Origin: Nemertoderma westbladi
Lineage: Eukaryota; Animalia; Xenacoelomorpha
Assembly: GCA_032718475.1 (NCBI GenBank)
Contig: JAUCBJ010004725.1
Location: 1-54,587, forward strand
Reading direction: 5' to 3'
Length of the DNA stretch: 54,587 bases
Below, piece by piece: positions 49,043-54,587 of the stretch. The translations under genes and the position numbers were made by a program. The first letter of the stretch is position 1, and each line of letters opens with the position of its first letter. The notes under the pieces are model-generated. The model saw only the letters and a list, made by a program, of their open reading frames with translations, had not been told where the DNA came from and did no database searches.

Positions 49043-51331
49043 TTACCAGACGGTACATTTTTTGGTAGGATTCATCGGGCTGTCTTTGGGACAACTGTAA
49101 ACCTTGCTGAATTCGTAAGAGTTGGACAAACTGCCGACCACTCTCCACTTTGCTGGGCTGTGCTGGTCGGTCTTAAGATTAAAAATGGCCGCCCCCTTGG
49201 TAGCCGAGTAGCACCAGTTCTGTGCGAAGCTGAGGAAAAACAACTGCTCGTTATTAAGCTGCAGGGCGGGCAGCTGTTTCTCTTCACCGTTCTGTTCCAC
49301 CCAGGTTCGGTAGGCGAGGAAGGAACTCTTTAAACCACCATTATCCGCGATGTTCTCGCCCAGCGTTAAGTTGCCGTTAACATTTTCTCCATGCACTGTA
49401 TAGGCACTGTACTGCTCCCTCATACAGTCTGCCTTTTTGTCGAACTTAGAGATCGAATCGTTGCTCCACCATCGGCGTAGTAAGAAATCTTTGACATTGT
49501 GTTTTCGTCCCTTGGAGTCGCAACCGTGAATCAACTCATGTCCCATGACTGATCCAATACCACCGAAGTTGAGCGCTTTGTGGAAGGATTTATCGTAGAA
49601 CGGGGTCTGGAGGATGCCGGCTGGGTAAAACAATGCATTGAGTGGAGCATAGTAAAACGCATTAACGGAGGCCGGGTTGATGCTGATGCCTTGTGCTACA
49701 AGATCCCAGTTATTTCTATCTTCCAACGCCTCCCGCAGCTTAATCAAGTTATTTTTAAATGCAAATATCTTTAATTTCCAATTGTTATTAAGGAATTCAT
49801 CTTTTTTCATATCCAAAGACTTATATTTCTTATTTAGGGAGGATCTATCGAGAATAAAGTCCGGGTAACCGAGTAACTTCACCATCATCTTGGTTTTCCG
49901 CTCGGTTTTGTTCAATGTATCGGCATCGAGCCAGGCCACCTGTGGTAGATTCTCTATGAAAGCATCTCGGATTCCATCAATCATCTTTGAAGCATCTTCC
50001 TTACTAGCCTTATCAAATCGTCTCTCTACAAACAAAGCTCCCATCGCATAAGGGAAACTATTATCTGTTTGTTTGACACAACTCTTCCAGTTTGATTTCT
50101 GAAAATCATCAGAAAGATATTTATCACTTTTACTTATAGTCCGTAAAAACATATAGTGTTCAACTACAGCTGAATCAGTATGATTCATAATTTCATTTAA
50201 CCCTTTCAAATATTCCAAGGAATACACAACAACTTCTTCCTTTGATGTTATTGTATATCCAACAAGATTAAATATATGTTGCAATAAATCCAGCCACTTA
50301 ACAACGGGAGCTTCTTCCTGGAGATCTTCGATTGTCATTTTTCGATAGTTTCTTTCAATAAGACTTATATTACCTTTTATGAAAGGATGGGCTTTGCTTA
50401 GGTCAGTGAATTCCCTCGCGAACTTTTTATACCCTTCTATTTCCAACAAATCCTCTATATAATTCGATAGGTTACTCCATGTTTTGTCCCTTGTTTTGTC
50501 GTTATCTATGGATTTATTTAAATAAAATAGGGGTTCATCAACATCGTGAGATTCTTTGACAATGGTGATTACTTGAACATCAGTGTTCATAGGATCTATT
50601 GACGAACCCATACCTATTAAAGGCAGTCCAGGTAGATTCATGGCCAGCACTGATAAGTTCGTGAACATCGTTTTTAGCAGATCTGTTAACTCTTCCTTCG
50701 ATGTACTACCATTAGCCTCAGACCCGGGTGATTCCAAGTTCTTAAAGTTGTTTTGGATTATATCTCTCAAGGGTTTTCCACCCAACTTGACTTTTGCACT
50801 TTCATTCATACAGGAGAGATAATATCTATGAGCTTTACCTATTGCATCATCCTCGCTGGTATAATTCCCTCTGGCCGTTATTTCATCCAACATAGACTTT
50901 AGCAATATCTTGTTTTCAAGGCGTTTCTTATCAATTGAATCCAATAAGTCCATATCGGGTGGAATAGGGTTATTATTGATCCAGCCCCCACATGCATAGT
51001 TGTAGAAATCCTGGCAGGGATCGACCGAGGTGTTCATATTGGCCCAGATTGAGGATGCCATGTAAATGCACTCGGGGGTCAGACATAATGCCTCACTACT
51101 TGAGCCTCCAATGGCGAGAACGATAATTAAAGCTGCTACTATCAGTACCAGAAGTAAAATTATCCCAATTAATATATTCCTTAGAGTCAAATAACGTCGC
51201 ACAATGGGGCTAGAACATTTGGGAATGTTTATCTCTACCCTGTCCTCATCGGGAATTTCAACTTCTGCTCTCTCAATCTGTCGTCTGTCATTACATTCCT
51301 TGACTTTGATTGAACTTGTTTGCGATGTCAT
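49043..51331 (-). CDS. M13 family zinc metallo-endopeptidase (neprilysin / endothelin-converting enzyme-like), intact, intronless, 762 aa
   Basis: Type II membrane anchor, CLTPEC, VDPCQDFYNYACGGW, VNAFY, HELIH, GENIADNGG, HSP...RV, C-terminal CTVW. Confidence 0.95.
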   Translation of the reverse strand: MTSQTSSIKVKECNDRRQIERAEVEIPDEDRVEINIPKCSSPIVRRYLTLRNILIGIILLLVLIVAALIIVLAIGGSSSEALCLTPECIYMASSIWANMNTSVDPCQDFYNYACGGWINNNPIPPDMDLLDSIDKKRLENKILLKSMLDEITARGNYTSEDDAIGKAHRYYLSCMNESAKVKLGGKPLRDIIQNNFKNLESPGSEANGSTSKEELTDLLKTMFTNLSVLAMNLPGLPLIGMGSSIDPMNTDVQVITIVKESHDVDEPLFYLNKSIDNDKTRDKTWSNLSNYIEDLLEIEGYKKFAREFTDLSKAHPFIKGNISLIERNYRKMTIEDLQEEAPVVKWLDLLQHIFNLVGYTITSKEEVVVYSLEYLKGLNEIMNHTDSAVVEHYMFLRTISKSDKYLSDDFQKSNWKSCVKQTDNSFPYAMGALFVERRFDKASKEDASKMIDGIRDAFIENLPQVAWLDADTLNKTERKTKMMVKLLGYPDFILDRSSLNKKYKSLDMKKDEFLNNNWKLKIFAFKNNLIKLREALEDRNNWDLVAQGISINPASVNAFYYAPLNALFYPAGILQTPFYDKSFHKALNFGGIGSVMGHELIHGCDSKGRKHNVKDFLLRRWWSNDSISKFDKKADCMREQYSAYTVHGENVNGNLTLGENIADNGGLKSSFLAYRTWVEQNGEEKQLPALQLNNEQLFFLSFAQNWCYSATKGAAIFNLKTDQHSPAKWRVVGSLSNSYEFSKVYSCPKDSPMNPTKKCTVW

Positions 51332-51363
51332 TCTGTTATATTTTTCGACAGCTTTATAATATA

Positions 51364-53301
51364 TCCTATACTGTATATATAAAAGGGCTCAGTTTGTCTG
51401 TTTGTTCTTGAAAATTTGTTCTAGAACACTAGCTATTATTGCTATTTAGGCATAGTTCTCAAATATCAATGTTCTCACATTTTGTTTTTATAATTTAAAA
51501 AAATACTTAACTAGTAAAAAAAAACCACTAGCTACCTTAATAAATAATATCTTGTAAATGTTCACAAACACTTTACCAATAACAAAAATAAAAAAAATAC
51601 CGTATTTTTAAAATTTCAGAAAATACTAGCTAGTAAAAAAAACACTAGCTACCATAAAAAATGTTCAGTGTTAGCGCATTTGATAAAAAAGACATTCTTT
51701 CAATTTCAATTTTTATATATTGTGACTTCTTCCTGTTACTTAATAAACCATGCAATAATGAAGCAAAATGGGGAACAGTTCCGTATGTGCCAACATTTTC
51801 GTTGTTCTTATTCAACAAATTCTCATGCTTTTTTGTCAGGGTTTTCTCTTGATAAATCTTCTAGAACGTATATTGAGTGTTCTAGAACTTTAAAAAAATC
51901 ATTTTAATTATGAATTTTCGAGAAAATAAATTACTTACTATTAAAAAGAATATTATTAAAAAAATTGTTCAATTTTAAAATTGTTTATGCTATTTTGCTT
52001 GCTCTTTTTCTATTGAAAAGAGATCTAGACCATATATTAAATGTTCTAGAACATGTACCAAATGTTCTAGATCATTTTTGTTATCAATTTTCGAGAAAAA
52101 AAATATTCTAGAATATTTGTTCTTTTAAAAATAAGTATTAAAATGATTGTTTAATTAAAAAAAATTGGAATACAGAACAACTAACCATAACGATAGCATT
52201 CCAGAATATTTTTTAAAATGTTAGCTAGGGCTAGCTATATATATAACTATAGACTATAGGCTATAGCTATACGCTTAGATATAAATTACTAGCTATAATT
52301 GTAAAGTATTATTTGAGTACATATAATTATTAGATATATGTTAATTATAGGCCTACAAAAAATTGTTAAAAAAAAAACAAAAAAATACAATTTTTTAAAA
52401 ATCAATCTTAAATCATAAATTAAAAAGATGTGCACCAAAAATAACAAAGTTAATTCCGCCACCACACAAATATCATCGGGCCTACCACCAAAGCACCAGA
52501 AGGATATGTTGGAGCTCAGAGGCAAGGGATCAGTACCGATCAGGAAGGTCAGACACCCCCGCAGACCAGCACCGTCCCCAAATCCGAGCGCCCTCCATGG
52601 CCGCCTACCACCACGCAGACACAGGGAGCTCGAGCGCAGAAGTGCGAACTGTAAGCGCCTCCACACTCCCCCTAACACACAAGCGAGGCCTTGCTCGCGC
52701 ATCCCCCGCTGCCGGGCCACGAGGGTCTCAGCGAGGTGGCGGATCAGAATATCGGCCTCCTTGCACCACACACCGTCGGTGGTTCCGACTAGGGGGGTGA
52801 AGGAGATCCGACGATCTTCGCACACCCCGCTGTAGTGGACCATCTTGGAACGAACTCGCTGCTTGAGTACGGAGTCCAGGGACCGATTAACGTATGAGGG
52901 GGCGTCAGCGTTAACAATCGCAATGTCGAAAGACGCCACCCTCTGTTCGGCCCAGACTCCCCTCGCCAGGAGATCCGCCCTAACTCCACCCACCTCGCGG
53001 CCCTGTCTGTCCAGGTAGCCGGACGCCAACGTAACATCCCGCTGGACGCATGAGCCACAGAACGCAGACGCAATGAGGTCTTTAACAAAAAATTTTATGT
53101 TCTAGAACATTATTTAATAAAAAAATAATTCGATATATCTTAGAATACTAACATTAAAATGTAGTAGGCTAGCTAGTAAACTAAACACTTTTTAGAGCAA
53201 ACTGAAAATGTTGGCACGTACGGAACTCTAGCCGCAAAATGTCCAGTCTGATACACCGAGCGGGAATGGCGCTTGTGTACCTTCAACGAAGGCCGCTCTA
53301 G
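51364..53301 (+). mobile_element. Non-autonomous Helitron, copy B (lacks ~0.5 kb near the 5' end)
   Basis: Same TC and hairpin-CTAG ends as 35353-37853. Confidence 0.72.
52365..53084 (-). mobile_element. CRE-like endonuclease-end fragment, copy B
   Basis: ORF 52289-53029; retains 8 bp (GCCTCCAC) missing in copy A; TSD ACAAAAAATT. Confidence 0.8.
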
Positions 53302-54076
53302 TATATCTGTTTATTTACCCTTTCTCCCTTCAATGTATTGATTTGTTCTATATTTCGCTTAGTCTAATACGGTATTTGATCGTCTATTATATTTCACTAG
53401 TAAACAGTACCGGGAGGGTGTGGAAACACAGTATAACAAGCAAATGTCTGACTAATTAATTATGTAAGGACTCAAGTCTGGTGATTGTGTTTCCCTTTAG
53501 AGGAAACGTATTGTGACAAGTCTTTGGTCTAATTATATTGATATCACTACAGTATTCAATTTGTGATAAGAGCTTTGCTTACAATAATGGTCTGAAATAT
53601 CGCCATATATTAATTATTTATTAAGTTAGAGGTACAACGGCACACATATATTTGATGCAATTGTCCAGATTATCAATGACACTCAGTTATAGAGACCAAC
53701 CTGGTTGTGGCGCATGTAAAACTTCCTTGATTCTGTAATATCGGCGATATAATAAGCAAAATAACAATAGCAAATTGAGTTTACCAGTAGAATATCAAAT
53801 ATAACGTTAAATAATTATAATTCAATTATTAACACTTTGACTTTAGACCTTAGGCCTGTAATAATCACCAGTCATTTAAACCTGACCGGAGATCAATGCC
53901 TCTGCATGGGCAATGTGACTTCTTCATATTGAGCATACAATTCATAATTAATATTAGACAAATACACAAGGAGAGGATAATAATCTTATAAAATAATCAT
54001 CATAATAAGCATAAATCTAAATATATACGAGAAGTAAGTTAATTAGGGAAACGTTTAAGTCCGGGGTCGGATTGAG

Positions 54077-54587
54077 TTAGATTCCTTGAGGAATTCCGGC
54101 ACAATTGTCAACCCCAATTCTGCGCCATTTGGTGCGAGACGATCTGAAGCAAGCGCACGTAGCCCTTAGGACGCCGAATGACAGACGTGCCCTCACCCAA
54201 CCCATGACACAGCTGTAGGGCTTCATCCATTTCGTTGACAGCCTGTCAGCCAGTCTCTTCAGTGTCATGAAGTACTCTGGGCTGAGAACACCATCCACCG
54301 ACACCACGAGCGGGGTAAAATCTGCTTGGCGAAGGGTGCAGGCGTCATGATATTTAGACTTTTTCTGAGTCTCCGCGTCAATTTGTATGGATGATATGGA
54401 GCGAGCCACATACGAGGGGGCATCAGGGTCAACGACCCGGACATCAAATAACGCCCTTCTCTGTGGCTGCCAGTAACCTCTCACTGAAAGATTAGCCCGC
54501 AGACCCACCACACCATTCTCCTCATTTGCCTCCCGGATCACTGGCTCCCTCATGATGCAAAACTCTGGGAATGCCAAACCGAACAGG
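54077..54587 (-). mobile_element. 3' end of the CRE-clade element, copy B (partial)
   Basis: Duplicate of 38751-39261. Confidence 0.88.

Larger units (their letters stand above)
42194..54587 (+). repeat. Tandem segmental duplication, copy B (runs off the window)
   Basis: Colinear with 24912-39261 apart from indels. Confidence 0.95.

Overview
AT-rich, repeat-dense eukaryotic (invertebrate animal-like) genomic DNA. All alignments, counts and motif matches below were made by eye. Host genes: two tandem two-exon MAPEG-family genes (MGST1/mPGES-1-like; 7813-8572 with an exact duplicate of exon 2, and 11015-13623), and an intronless M13 neprilysin/ECE-like metallopeptidase present twice (intact at 49043-51331, insertion-disrupted at 31762-35320). 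The two peptidase copies lie in a ~17.3-kb tandem duplication (24912-42193 repeated from 42194 to the window end). Most of the rest is mobile DNA: an intact pogo-type DD35D transposase, a tRNA-derived SINE, satellites, a 1.4-kb hAT fold-back element in an intron, a decayed BEL/Pao LTR element split by nested RTE and L2/CR1 insertions, CRE-clade non-LTR elements, a non-autonomous Helitron and a DINE/HINE-like element. I cannot demonstrate a wholly new biological system. The best leads are: (i) a ~290-bp TSD-flanked fold-back insertion with an intact minimal hammerhead ribozyme; (ii) a 1270-bp mobile element with seven CTCF-like motifs spaced ~146 bp apart; (iii) an unassigned triple-CCHC ORF located where the BEL integrase should be; (iv) pervasive TA-CAG-TA/TA-CCGG-TA motifs that look like transposon excision footprints.
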